Counted from the stretch's first letter, positions 1-9,710 are shown. The stretch: DNA of 64,000 nt from an uncultured Gemmatimonadales bacterium (GCA_963708135.1 OY970192.1:3342152-3406151), one strand, 5' to 3'. Translations and numbers: made by a program. Notes: generated by a model not told the origin, from the letters alone.

Positions 1-683
1 GCGGCGACGGGCAGACGCCGATGCGGCGTGTCCCCGGCCCCGAGCAGCACCAGGCGCTGGCCGCGCTCATGCACACCCTCTCGCCCGCCGTGCTGGCGCT
101 GCCCCGCTCCATCGTGGACCGGCTCCCGCCCCGCCCGTTCCTCTATCCCGCGCACCGCGAGCTCTTCGAGCGCTACACCGGCCTCGCCTTCGACCCCGTC
201 GCGCCGGCCCGCGTGGCCGCGGACCTGACCGTCTCCATGCTGCTCCAGCCGCAGCGGGCCGCCCGCCTGGTCGAGCAGCACGCGCTCGACGCCTCGCTGC
301 CCGGGCTCGCCCAGGTGCTGGACACGCTCGTCCAGGCCACGTTCGGCGCCCGCACCCGCCCGGGCTACGACGGCGCCGTCCAGCGGACCGTCCGCGACGT
401 CGTGCTCCACGACCTGCTCTCCCTCGGCGCGGGCGCCCCGATGCCCGACGTGCGTGCCCAGGTCCTCTACCGCGTCCAGGCGCTCCGCCGCCGCCTGGCC
501 GCCGCCGCCCCCGGCGCGCCCGAGCAGGACCGCGCCCAGGCCGCCCTCATGGTGAACGAGATCGACCGCTTCGTGAAGGACCCGACCCCCTTCGCCAAGC
601 CCGCGGCGGCGCTCGAGATCCCGCCCGGCAGCCCGATCGGGCAGGCAATGCTCGATTATCTCCGGGAGTATGCCGGCTGGTAG
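1..683 (+). CDS. 3' end of a gene entering from upstream; C-terminal region of a conserved secreted protein, possibly a DUF4953/DUF5117-type zinc metalloprotease
   Basis: ORF 21..683 stays open to the window edge in the same frame with high GC3. The tail (LYPAHRELFERYTG...QPQRAARLVEQHALD) resembles that family from memory. No catalytic motif lies inside the window. Confidence 0.5.
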   Translation, partial: GDGQTPMRRVPGPEQHQALAALMHTLSPAVLALPRSIVDRLPPRPFLYPAHRELFERYTGLAFDPVAPARVAADLTVSMLLQPQRAARLVEQHALDASLPGLAQVLDTLVQATFGARTRPGYDGAVQRTVRDVVLHDLLSLGAGAPMPDVRAQVLYRVQALRRRLAAAAPGAPEQDRAQAALMVNEIDRFVKDPTPFAKPAAALEIPPGSPIGQAMLDYLREYAGW

Positions 684-784
684 CGGGATGCGTGTTTGGG
701 GGGGGCGGGATGCGGGAATGGGAGGGTGCCACCCGGTTGAGCGCAACCCCGCCGCCAGCCTCGGGGACCCTCCCCCCGCACCCC

Positions 785-944
785 GTGCCGCAGTCCGTCG
801 TGCCGCAGTTCCGTCGTGCCGCAGTCCGTCGTGCCGCAGTTCCGTCGTGCCGCAGTCCGTCGTGCCGCAGTCTGTCGTGCCGCAGTCCGTCGTGCCGCAG
901 TCCGTCGTGCCGCAGTCCGTCGTGCCGCAGTCCGTCGTGCCGCA
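785..944. repeat. 15-bp tandem repeat (GTGCCGCAGTCCGTC), about 10.5 copies, two of them 16-bp variants
   Basis: Read directly from the sequence. Units start at 785, 800, 816, 831, 847, 862, 877, 892, 907, 922 and 937. Confidence 0.95.
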
Positions 945-1295
945 CCGCCCCACCGCACCCTTGTACCGCCGCGTCTCCCCCTCCCTGGGGGGGGACTTCC
1001 GGGATGACGTGTGCCTGCGGCGCAACTCGGCTTGGGGACCGGCGTCCGGATCGGCCTGGCGGCTGGCGTCATGGCGACGCCGGGTCCGCCCCCTGCGCCT
1101 GACGGCGCCGCCGTTGCCCCCTTCCACCGCCACCTCCGCTTTCGCGCCCCCGCCCCGTAGCATCCAGGGGTCCGGGGGAACTCAGGGGCGGCGCGAAAAG
1201 CACGGCGCGATTCGCGGGCGGGCTCGAGGACGGGCCGACCCGGGCCGGGGGGAGCGAGCAAGATCGGGGTGTGGACCTCTCCGTGAGGATCGGAA

Positions 1296-1445
1296 CCCCT
1301 CTTCTTATCGGGATTCGAGAAGAAAGGCGCAGTGGCCGCCTCTCGGCGACACCGCGACCGCCATCTTGCTCGATTTCCGGGATGATTCGGGATCTGGGCG
1401 GTTTGGCGCCCGTCCATTGGGCGATCTTGATCGCGCCGCGAGCGC
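1296..1445 (+). repeat. Dispersed element family 2, copy A: three ~30-bp sub-repeats at 61-bp spacing
   Basis: The TCTT(A/G)(T/C)TCG core recurs at about 1304, 1365 and 1426. The whole unit, including the inter-repeat segments, is homologous to 42236-42395 and to the reverse complement of 44858-45030. Confidence 0.8.
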
Positions 1446-1480
1446 TGTTGTGGGCCGATGAGCCGCTCTGCCGCCCGCGA

Positions 1481-1675
1481 GGGCAGGAAAGTCCCCACCC
1501 TTCCGTCGCGGAATGGACGCTTGGGGACTTGACTGCGAATAGCGCGGCAAAGTCCCCAATCGTTCCGATCGGCCTCCGACGCTTGGGGAGTTGACAACGA
1601 ATAGCGCGGTCAACTCCCCAAACGCCTTCGCGGGGGGGTACGGCTGGGGAGTTCACGGCCGCCGCACGCAGCCGC
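1481..1675 (+). repeat. Dispersed element family 1, copy 1: ~195 bp with two nested hairpins (GGGGAGTTGAC-N13-GTCAACTCCCC and GGGGACTTGAC-N13-GGCAAAGTCCCC)
   Basis: Palindromes read directly. The reverse complement matches 37129-37325 segment by segment. Confidence 0.85.
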
Positions 1676-1689
1676 CGCCCGCGCGAACC

Positions 1690-2200
1690 GCACCAGCCCC
1701 GGCTCCCACCCGCGCGCGGACGAGGGGCTGCCGGCCTGGATGACCGTGCCCGCGCCAGCCCCGGCTCCCACCCGCGCGCGGACGAGGGCTGCTCATCGCC
1801 GCGGCGGCCACCGTCCCCGCCCCGGCCCGCGCCCGCGCGCGGAAGAGTCTGCTGCGCCCGCGCGGCTTCGACGACGTCCACCCCGGTCCGCGGCCGCGCG
1901 GGGAAGAGGCGGCCGCAGTGTTGCGGGCAACCGAAACGACGCGCGCCCGCGCCCGCGCGGGGAAGAGCGGGTCCGCCCCCTGCGCCAGCAACGTCCGCAC
2001 CCCGCGCCCGCGCCCGCGCGGGGAAGAGGTCAGCCGGATCGCCGCAGTGCGCGTCGGTGCGCCCGCGCCCGCGCCCGCGCGGGGAAGAGGGAGGAGGTCG
2101 TGAGCCGCGAGGACGCGCTAGACCCGCGCCCGCGCGGGGAAGAGGGAGGAGATGGTGAGCCGCGAGGACGCGCTGGACCCGCGCCCGCGCGGGGAAGAGG
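1690..2200 (-). CRISPR. Orphan, partly degenerate CRISPR-like array. The repeat resembles type I-E (minus-strand CTCTTCCCCGCGCGGGCGCGGGCGCG). About 9 units at 55-62-bp period.
   Basis: Repeat 3' ends on the plus strand fall at about 1725, 1787, 1847, 1909, 1967, 2028, 2089, 2144 and 2199. Three units are identical at 26 nt. The repeat has a CCCGCG-CGGG-CGCGGG stem-loop. Intervening 32-35-bp segments are mostly unique, but the last two are near-duplicates. Units at the low-coordinate end are degenerate. No cas genes occur in the window. Confidence 0.4.
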
Positions 2201-2301
2201 GCGGGGGCGGCGGCGGGTCGGGCCCGGCGGGGAGTCGTGAGCCCGCGGCGCGCCGCGCGCCTCCGCCAACGGAAGCCGGCGCGGCCGGGCGGCAGCCCCC
2301 T

Positions 2302-2365
2302 CGAGCCCCGAGCCCCGAGCCCCCAGCCCCGAGCCCGAGCCCGAGCCCGAGCCCCGCCCCCGACC
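2302..2365. repeat. Hexamer microsatellite (GAGCCC/GAGCCCC)n
   Basis: Read directly from the sequence. Confidence 0.9.
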
Positions 2366-2441
2366 CGTCCGTTCAGTCCGGCCGGGCGCACCGATCGGCC
2401 CCGGCCGTCGCTGGCTCGGGCAGGCCGATGCGAGACGCACT

Positions 2442-4361
2442 TCAGTACTTCACCGTCCACCGGTCGTTCGACGTGTCGGCGTCCATCCAGATCCCGCCGT
2501 CGAGGGTGAGCGACTGGAGCGTCTTGCCGGTATGCACGGTGACGGTGGCCTTGGCCTGGTCGGGCGCCCAGATGGCGGGGGTCTCGTGCACGGTCTCGGT
2601 GGTGCCGTCGCCGTAGGTGAGGACGAGGTTCACGGGCGCGGGCATCCCGCCGACGTTCTCGAGGCTCACGGTATAGCCGCCGCTGGTCTTCTTCACCCCG
2701 CGGACGGCCAGGTCGATGTAGCCGTTGGAGAAGAACCAGTCGCGCCAGAACCAGTCCAGGCCGCGGCTGGCCACGCCGTCGAACGTGTAGAAGAAGTCCC
2801 ACGGCTGCGGGTGCTTGCCGTTCCAGCGCGCGATGTACGCCCGCAGGCACTGCTTGAAGAGCCGGTCGCCGAGCAGGTCCTTCATGGCCAGGTAGCCGAG
2901 CGCCGCCTTGCCGTAGGCGTTGTCGCCGTAGGCGACCCCGCCCAGCACGTCCGCCGGCGTCACGATCGGCAGGTCGGATAGCGGCGAGGGGTTGTGGATC
3001 CAGCGGTTCACGCGGAAGCTCCGGAACAGCGACGTCGCCTTCGGCAGCCCCATGTCGGCGCTGTTGATGAGATACTCGAACGTCGTCGCCCAGCCCTCGT
3101 CCATGAACGCGTAGCGGGTCTCGTCGATGCCCATGTAGAACGGCATGTAGGTGTGCGCGATCTCGTGGTCGGCCACGAAGCGCGAGAAGCTGGTGTCCGG
3201 CACGGAGCCGTCGTTCACCATCATCGGATACTCCATGTCCGCGCTTCCCTGCACGATGGTGCTCTTCGGGTACGGGTACGGCACGCCCGGCCAGTTGTGG
3301 GAGAACCAGTCCAGCGCGTGCTCCCCGAAGCCGACCATGTAGTGGAAGTCCTCGGCGCTGTCGTCGTAGGCCGCCTGCACGCTCGCGCGCCGGTGCGCCG
3401 CCTCGTCCACCAGCACGCTGCCGGCGTCCCAGTCGTAGTGGTTCGACAGCGCGAAGGCCACGTCCGGCACGTAGCGCGACTCGAAGCGCCAGGCGTTGAC
3501 GGAGTCCGGCTTCGTGACCTGCCCGCCGGCGAGCTGCGCCCCCGTCGCCACGTGGATCGTGCCATCGGCGGTGAGCGAGCTCCGGTAGCGCGCGAGCGGC
3601 TCCGGCTGCAGCACGGCGGCCGCGTCGCCGAGCATCCCCGTCCCCCACACCACGTAGTTCGCCGGCACGCGCACGGTGACGTCGTAGTCGTTGAAGTCGC
3701 TGTAGAACTCGTGCCCGGTGTGCTCCATGGTGTCCCACCCGTCCACGTCGTCGTAGACGGCGACGCGCGGGTAGAAGTACGCCAGGAAGTAGGTCGTGGA
3801 GTCGAGCATCCCCTCCCGCCCCGCCCGCTTCGAGACGTCGTAATGCCAGTCGAAGGCGAGGCGCACGGAGTCGTGGGGCGCAAGCGGCTGCGGCAGCTTC
3901 ACGGACTGCCACGTCACCGACCGCCCGCTCTCCTTCCACTCCTGCGGCTGCCCGTTCACGGCGAAGCGGTCGATGTGCGTGCCGGACGTCAGGAAGTCGG
4001 GCGACGTCGCCCCCCCGCGCGCCGCGGTCGGGCGGTGGAAGTTCTCGAACAGCTTGATCACGAGGCTCGGCAGCGTGTCCGGGCTGTCGTTCCGGTACAC
4101 GATCTCCTCGCTCCCCGTGATCTGCCGGTCGGGCGGCATCGCGCTCACCGTGATCCGGTAGCGCGCGTGGTTCTCCCAGTACCGCGGCCCCGGCTCGCCG
4201 CTGAGCGTCCGGGTGCCCTTCGCCACCGCCTGCTTGAAGGTGCGCGGCATGTAGAGGTGCTGCGCGGCGGCCGGCGCCGGCAGGAAGGCCAGGCCCAGCA
4301 GCGGCGGGAGCCAGCCTTGCCGGAAGCTGCGGCCCGCCGGCGCGGGGGAGGTGGTTGTCAT
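2442..4361 (-). CDS. Secreted M1-family (aminopeptidase N-like) zinc metallopeptidase, 639 aa
   Basis: HExxH+E signature (ADHEIAHTYMPFY...DEGWATTFEY) and a GSADMEYP exopeptidase-like motif. The ATG at 4361 is followed by a signal peptide (LPPLLGLAFLPAPAAAQ). The longer track ORF to 4490 adds only an Arg/Gly-rich leader. Confidence 0.9.
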   Translation of the reverse strand: MTTTSPAPAGRSFRQGWLPPLLGLAFLPAPAAAQHLYMPRTFKQAVAKGTRTLSGEPGPRYWENHARYRITVSAMPPDRQITGSEEIVYRNDSPDTLPSLVIKLFENFHRPTAARGGATSPDFLTSGTHIDRFAVNGQPQEWKESGRSVTWQSVKLPQPLAPHDSVRLAFDWHYDVSKRAGREGMLDSTTYFLAYFYPRVAVYDDVDGWDTMEHTGHEFYSDFNDYDVTVRVPANYVVWGTGMLGDAAAVLQPEPLARYRSSLTADGTIHVATGAQLAGGQVTKPDSVNAWRFESRYVPDVAFALSNHYDWDAGSVLVDEAAHRRASVQAAYDDSAEDFHYMVGFGEHALDWFSHNWPGVPYPYPKSTIVQGSADMEYPMMVNDGSVPDTSFSRFVADHEIAHTYMPFYMGIDETRYAFMDEGWATTFEYLINSADMGLPKATSLFRSFRVNRWIHNPSPLSDLPIVTPADVLGGVAYGDNAYGKAALGYLAMKDLLGDRLFKQCLRAYIARWNGKHPQPWDFFYTFDGVASRGLDWFWRDWFFSNGYIDLAVRGVKKTSGGYTVSLENVGGMPAPVNLVLTYGDGTTETVHETPAIWAPDQAKATVTVHTGKTLQSLTLDGGIWMDADTSNDRWTVKY

Positions 4362-4622
4362 GGCGGGTCGTGCCTCTCCGTTCGCGGATCCCACTCGGTG
4401 CGATGGACGCCGGGCAACCTGGCCCGGGCCGGGCGTCCGCGCCAGCGGGCGCCGGCCCCCTATACGGCACCAGGCGCCGCGAGGATCCATGGCCGTCCGC
4501 GGCGGCGCGGAAGTCGGGGCGGGCGACGCGCGCCGGGCCGCGCCGTCGCTTGCCTCCCGCAGCCCGGAGCCCTACCCTCCGCCCCGGGCAACCCCGGAAC
4601 CTCGCTGGTGGAGGGCAGGACC

Positions 4623-6314
4623 ATGCGCACCCCGCGGTGGAAGGCAGCGGCCCTCCTGGCCGGCCTGGTGATGCTGGCGACGTCGCCCGCGCACGTGCTC
4701 GCGCAGCGCCTGCCCCGGACGGTGCCGGAGCGCACCGGCTACGACAGCACCTCGAGCACGCGCCAGGTGGCCGTCTTCCTCGACAGCCTGCTCGCCGCCG
4801 GCGCGCCGGTGACGCTCGGCAGCATGGGCCGCACGGCGGAGGGCCGTCCGCTCCTGCTGGCCATCGCCTCCGACCCGCGCGTGACGAGCCCCCGCGAGGC
4901 CGCCCGCTCCGGCAAGCTCGTGGTCTACATCCAGGCCAACATCCACGGCGGCGAGGTGGAGGGGAAGGAGGCGGTGCAGGAGCTGCTGCGCGAGATGGCG
5001 GGCCCGCGCCGCGAGCTGCTCTCGAAGCTGATCCTGCTCGTGGCGCCGGTCTACAACGCGGACGGCAACGACGCCCTCGGCCCCGTCGCCGAGAACCGGT
5101 CGGAGCAGGACGGGCCGCCGCTGGTGGGCCTCCGCCCCGACGGCCTGAAGCTGGACCTCAACCGCGACTACCTGAAGGCCGAGGCGCCCGAGACGCGCGC
5201 CTCCCTCGAGCGCATCTACGACACGTGGGATCCCGCGCTCATGATGGACCTGCACACGACCGACGGCACGCTGCACGGCTACCTGCTCACCTACTCGCCG
5301 CCGCTCGAGCCGAACGGGCCGCCGGGGCCGATCGCCTTCGCGCAGGACACGCTGCTCCCCGCCGTGCGCGCCACCATGCAGCGCCAGTACGGCGAGCCCG
5401 TCTTCCCCTACGGCAACGTGCGCGACCCGCTGCACCCGGAGGCGTGGACGACCTACTCGCCGCTCGCGTGGTACGGCACCAACTACGTGGGCCTGCGCGG
5501 CCGCATCGCGATCCTCAGCGAGGCCTACTCGCACGCCGACTTCCGCACCCGCATCAAGGTCACCCACGACTTCGTCGTCACCGTGCTCGAGTACGCCGCG
5601 GCGCACGCGGACGAGATCCGTCGCCTGGAACAAGAGGCGGACCGGCGCACCACCCTGGAGGGTGCAGGCGACGTCGCCCGCCCCGCGCTCGCGGTGGACT
5701 TCACGCCCGCCCGGCGTGGCACGGAGCCGGTGGTGCTGCGCCGCATGCGCGCTGCCGGCACGACACCCTCCGGGCGGCCCCGCCTCGAGCCGACGGACCG
5801 GCTGGACACGCTCCGCCTGCCGGTCTACGACCGCTTCGTGGCGTCGCGGACGCAGACGTTGCCGGGCGGCTACATCCTGCCGCCCGCGGAAGGGCGCACG
5901 GCCGCCCTGCTCCGGCTGCACGGCATCCAGGTGCGGCGGCTGCTCGCCGCCTGGACCGGCGCCGGCCAGGTGTTCCGGATCGACAGCCTCGCGTGGGGCG
6001 GGGACGAGTTCCAGGGGCACCACCTGCTGGCCGTGCGCGGCGCCTGGGACGCGGCCCGGCTGAGCGTGCCCGCCGGCGCCTACTACATCAGCACCGCGCA
6101 GCCGCTCGGCCGGCTCGTCTTCGCGCTGCTCGAGCCCGAGGCGTACGGCCTCCCCCGCTGGAACGTCTTCGACCGCCTGCTCGGCTCCGAGGAGGGCGCG
6201 CTCTCGGGGCTGGTCTACGGCTCGAACCCGCTCGGGACGTTCCCCGTCCAGCGCGTGGACCGCGACCCGCCGGTGCCGATGCGTACGCTCGGGCCGGGCG
6301 GACCCGAGCGCTGA
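4623..6314 (+). CDS. Secreted M14-family zinc carboxypeptidase, 563 aa
   Basis: ATG at 4623 with signal peptide (AALLAGLVMLATSPAHVLAQ) and an HxxE zinc motif (QANIHGGEVEGKEA). This is only the last part of track ORF 2994..6314; the rest is antisense to the M1 gene. Confidence 0.85.
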   Translation: MRTPRWKAAALLAGLVMLATSPAHVLAQRLPRTVPERTGYDSTSSTRQVAVFLDSLLAAGAPVTLGSMGRTAEGRPLLLAIASDPRVTSPREAARSGKLVVYIQANIHGGEVEGKEAVQELLREMAGPRRELLSKLILLVAPVYNADGNDALGPVAENRSEQDGPPLVGLRPDGLKLDLNRDYLKAEAPETRASLERIYDTWDPALMMDLHTTDGTLHGYLLTYSPPLEPNGPPGPIAFAQDTLLPAVRATMQRQYGEPVFPYGNVRDPLHPEAWTTYSPLAWYGTNYVGLRGRIAILSEAYSHADFRTRIKVTHDFVVTVLEYAAAHADEIRRLEQEADRRTTLEGAGDVARPALAVDFTPARRGTEPVVLRRMRAAGTTPSGRPRLEPTDRLDTLRLPVYDRFVASRTQTLPGGYILPPAEGRTAALLRLHGIQVRRLLAAWTGAGQVFRIDSLAWGGDEFQGHHLLAVRGAWDAARLSVPAGAYYISTAQPLGRLVFALLEPEAYGLPRWNVFDRLLGSEEGALSGLVYGSNPLGTFPVQRVDRDPPVPMRTLGPGGPER

Positions 6315-6386
6315 CGGGCGGACGCGGGCGCCGAGGGCCGGGCCCGGGCGCCGAGGGACCGGCCCGGGCGCCGAGCGAACCGCCCC

Positions 6387-6857
6387 TCAGGACCGCTCGT
6401 CCCCGACCACCTCCGCGAGCGCATCGAGCAGCGGCGTCTGACCGGCCAGGATCCGGCGGCGCGCCTCGGCCAGGTCGAACCATTCCGCCCGGTCAACTTC
6501 CGGGAAGGAGCGCATCCTGCCGGAGCGCGGCGGCCACTCGATCGTGAACTCGTTGCTGCGGAGCGCCGCCGGGTCCACGTCGGCCTCGACCGCCCAGGCG
6601 TGCACGAGCTTGCCGGCCTTCTGCCTCACCGAGCCGAGCGGCAGCGCCGTGCCCTCCGGCGCGCAGCCCGTCTCCTCGGCGAGCTCCCGCCGCGCCGCCG
6701 CCAGCGGATCCTCTCCCGGCGCCACCTCGCCCTTCGGGATCGACCACGCGCCCGCATCCTTCCGGGCCCAGAACGGCCCGCCCGGGTGCACCAGCAGCAC
6801 CTCGAGGCCCGCCGCGGCCCGCCGGAAGAGGAGCAGGCCCGCGCTCACCGCGGCCAC
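6387..6857 (-). CDS. NUDIX hydrolase, 156 aa
   Basis: Nudix box GEVAPGEDPLAAARRELAEETG. Confidence 0.9.
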   Translation of the reverse strand: MAAVSAGLLLFRRAAAGLEVLLVHPGGPFWARKDAGAWSIPKGEVAPGEDPLAAARRELAEETGCAPEGTALPLGSVRQKAGKLVHAWAVEADVDPAALRSNEFTIEWPPRSGRMRSFPEVDRAEWFDLAEARRRILAGQTPLLDALAEVVGDERS

Positions 6858-6895
6858 TCAGGTCCTCCCTCGGTCCGACGCATCGCGCTGGTCCA

Positions 6896-9634
6896 TCACC
6901 TCGTTCCAACCTCCGCCACCCAAATGTCGCTCTCGCGATCGCCGAGGGTGAAGTAGAACCGCCCGTTGCGCACCCGGAAGCCGTAGCGGTGCCACGGTCG
7001 CGTGGGGTCGTCGAAGCGCACGGCCACCCGGGGAGGCGCGCCGGAGACCGGGGCCGCCACGATGCGCCCGATCCGTCCGGGGGCATCCGGCGAGATGTAG
7101 AAGACCGTGCGGCCATCCTCCGACCACTGCGGAAACGCCCACCCCGCCGTCGAGTACGGACTGCGCAGCCGGCGCGCCGGGCCCCCGCCGGCGGGCACGA
7201 CCACAATGCCGCCGAGGCCGCACGCGCACGCGATCCAGCGTCCATCGGGCGACCAGGCGGAGAGCCCCGTCGGCGCGACGCCGTCCTTGCCGACGACCAC
7301 CCGAAGCGGCCGCGGCGCCGACCAGCGGCCGTCGCGGAGCCGACTCACGATGTCGATCTCGGGGTGCGTTCCCCAGCTCGCGAGGAGCATGAGCCGCGTG
7401 CCGTCCGGCGCCCACTCGGGGGAGCGCTCGTCCCGCGAGCCATCGGTCACCGGGATGGCCGGCCCGCCGCCCTCGACCGGCATGGTGAAGACCTGGCGGC
7501 GGTCGCCGCGGAAGGCGTGGAAGGCGATCCGCCGGTCGTCGGGCGACCAGGACGGCCAGTAGGCGGGCGTGGTGTCGGTGGTGAGCTGCTGGGGTTCCGA
7601 CGACAGCGGGTCGAGCCGCAGCCGGTACAGCTCGACCGTCCCCCTCAGGTCGGAGCTGAACGCGAGCCAGCGGCCGTCGTGGGACACGCCGATGTTCTCG
7701 ATGATCTGGTCTCCCGTGGTCACGGGGCGGGCGCTGGAAACCGAGAGCCCGCCGCTCCGACTCCCCGGCACCGGCAGCGTCCACACGTTCAATGTCTCCC
7801 TGAAGCTCGCGTACGCCAGGTGGGAGCCGTCCAGCGACATGGCGATCCCCAGCGCGTTCAGGCCCGTCGTGAGGCGCACCGGCGCGCCGGCGGGGCTCCC
7901 CGATTTCGCCAGGCTCAGCTGATAGACATCCCGCGTTCCATCGCGATTGGAGACGAACAGGAGTGCCCCACCCGGCGTCCACGCGGGGCTCACGTTGGTG
8001 AAGTCGTTGCTCGTCACGCGGACCGGTCGTCCGCCGCTCGCGCGCACGACCCAGACGCTGCTCGTTGCGCCGTTGCCCAGGTCCGCCGTGCTGATGTACT
8101 GCACGTTCCCCGACACGAACGCGATCCAGCGCCCGTCCGGCGACCACGCCGGCGAGTGCACCTCCCACCCGGTCGCGACCGCGCGCGGGGCGGCGCCATC
8201 CAGCGGCGCCGCGTAGATCGAGTCGTGGGAGACGTAGGCGAAGAACCGTCCGTCCGGGGCGGTGGTCACGCCCCGGTCGAGGTCCGTCCCGGCGACCAGC
8301 AGCCGGCGCGGACCGCCCAGTGCCGGGACGCTCTCGATGCCGCGACCGTCGATGAACACCAGCTGCTGCCCGTCCGGCACCCACGCGGGCCAGCGGCCCT
8401 TGCCATCGCCGTCGTGGACGACGCGGATCGGCTCCGCTCCGCCGAGCTGGCGGACCATCAGGACGCCACCCGCCCCGGAGTACGCCACGAGCCTGCCATC
8501 CGGCGAGAGCGCCGGGTCGAGCTCCAGGCCGGGGTCGTTCGTCACCTGCGAGACGCGCCCCAGCCGGAGTAGCGGCGCCGCGCGGCGCTTCAGCAGCTGG
8601 CTGCCCAGCACGGCAACGAGCACGACCGCAAGCACCGCCGCCGCCAATGCGACGCGGGGTACCAGCGACCTCCCGGCGCGCGGCCGATCCCCGGCGGAAG
8701 CCGGCGCTGCCGCGGGGCTCGGTTCGCCGGACCCGCTCTCGCGGGCGTTCCCCTCGGGCCTGCTCCCCTCGGCCTGCTCCGGCTCGACCGGCGGCGGCGC
8801 GACCGGTGGCGGCGCGACCGGTGGCGGCGCGCGGACGGGCGCGGCCGGCCCCGAGGGCACGGCGCCCGCGGCCGCCACGTCGCCGCGAGGTGGCGCCTCC
8901 GCCGCCCGCGGCCGCGCCCGCAGCTCCTCCACGAACGCCAGCAGCTCGGCGTCCGGCTCGAGCTCCAGCTCCCCCTCGAGCAGCAGCGCGTGAACCCGCG
9001 CGTGCCGCAGCGCCGCCGGGGCGTCTCCGCTCCGGTCGAGCGCCCGCATGAGCCGCAGCGCCACGCGCGAGCTGTAGGGGTCCTGCGCCGCCAGCAGCCG
9101 CCACCAGCGGACCGCCTCGGCACCCTCGCCCGCCTGCTCCGCCGCCTCCGCCAGCGCCTCGAGCGCGCGCGCCCGCTCCCGCGCGAGCGTTTCCCGCTGC
9201 GCGTCCACCCACCGCTCGAGCTCGTCCGCCCCCGTCAGGAAGAAGCCGTCGAGGAACGGCGCCGCGTGCAGCACGACCGCGCGCCGCCAGTCCCGCGCCT
9301 CGAGCGCCTCGGCGAACTCCCAGGCATCGCTCGGCAGCCGCGCGGGATCCAGCCGCAGCTCGTCGCCCACGGCGACGATGCCCTCTCCACCCAGCGCCTG
9401 ATTGATTCGGTACACGGAGTCCGACAGCAGCCGGCGCGCCCGCTCCGGGTCCGAGTCGGGCCACAGGTAGCCGATCAGCTTGTCGCGCGTGAGCCCGCGC
9501 TGGCGCGCCCGGGCGAGGAGCGCGAGCAGCGCCAGGCGCCGCCGCTGCACCGCGCGACCGGTCAACGGACCGTCGGGACTCTCGATGGAGGCGCTGCCGA
9601 AGAGCTTGAGCCGGAACAATTCGCTGCGAAGCAA
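6896..9634 (-). CDS. BTAD/SARP-type winged-helix transcriptional regulator fused through a Pro/Ala linker and one TM helix to a TolB-like beta-propeller, about 912 aa
   Basis: N-terminal LKLFG...RRRLALLALLA...DAWEFAEAL...RVALRLMRAL pattern. TM helix LAAAVLAVVLVAVLG. Eight or more SPDGR/WSPDG propeller repeats. The start is TTG at 9634 or 9619 (uncertain). Confidence 0.8.
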   Translation of the reverse strand: MLRSELFRLKLFGSASIESPDGPLTGRAVQRRRLALLALLARARQRGLTRDKLIGYLWPDSDPERARRLLSDSVYRINQALGGEGIVAVGDELRLDPARLPSDAWEFAEALEARDWRRAVVLHAAPFLDGFFLTGADELERWVDAQRETLARERARALEALAEAAEQAGEGAEAVRWWRLLAAQDPYSSRVALRLMRALDRSGDAPAALRHARVHALLLEGELELEPDAELLAFVEELRARPRAAEAPPRGDVAAAGAVPSGPAAPVRAPPPVAPPPVAPPPVEPEQAEGSRPEGNARESGSGEPSPAAAPASAGDRPRAGRSLVPRVALAAAVLAVVLVAVLGSQLLKRRAAPLLRLGRVSQVTNDPGLELDPALSPDGRLVAYSGAGGVLMVRQLGGAEPIRVVHDGDGKGRWPAWVPDGQQLVFIDGRGIESVPALGGPRRLLVAGTDLDRGVTTAPDGRFFAYVSHDSIYAAPLDGAAPRAVATGWEVHSPAWSPDGRWIAFVSGNVQYISTADLGNGATSSVWVVRASGGRPVRVTSNDFTNVSPAWTPGGALLFVSNRDGTRDVYQLSLAKSGSPAGAPVRLTTGLNALGIAMSLDGSHLAYASFRETLNVWTLPVPGSRSGGLSVSSARPVTTGDQIIENIGVSHDGRWLAFSSDLRGTVELYRLRLDPLSSEPQQLTTDTTPAYWPSWSPDDRRIAFHAFRGDRRQVFTMPVEGGGPAIPVTDGSRDERSPEWAPDGTRLMLLASWGTHPEIDIVSRLRDGRWSAPRPLRVVVGKDGVAPTGLSAWSPDGRWIACACGLGGIVVVPAGGGPARRLRSPYSTAGWAFPQWSEDGRTVFYISPDAPGRIGRIVAAPVSGAPPRVAVRFDDPTRPWHRYGFRVRNGRFYFTLGDRESDIWVAEVGTR

Positions 9635-9710
9635 GAGGGCATGGCGATGGCGACCACGGCCGGGCGATCACCTTGGGGCAATGTGGACGGCGGGAGATGT
9701 GACGGCAAGC

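Noticed and set aside
1069-4470. 1133-aa ORF on the minus strand spanning the repeat block and the M1 peptidase region
   Set aside because: It is Arg/Gly/Pro/Ala-rich, low-complexity and out of frame with the motif-bearing M1 ORF (2442..4361). This is a typical high-GC open-frame artefact.
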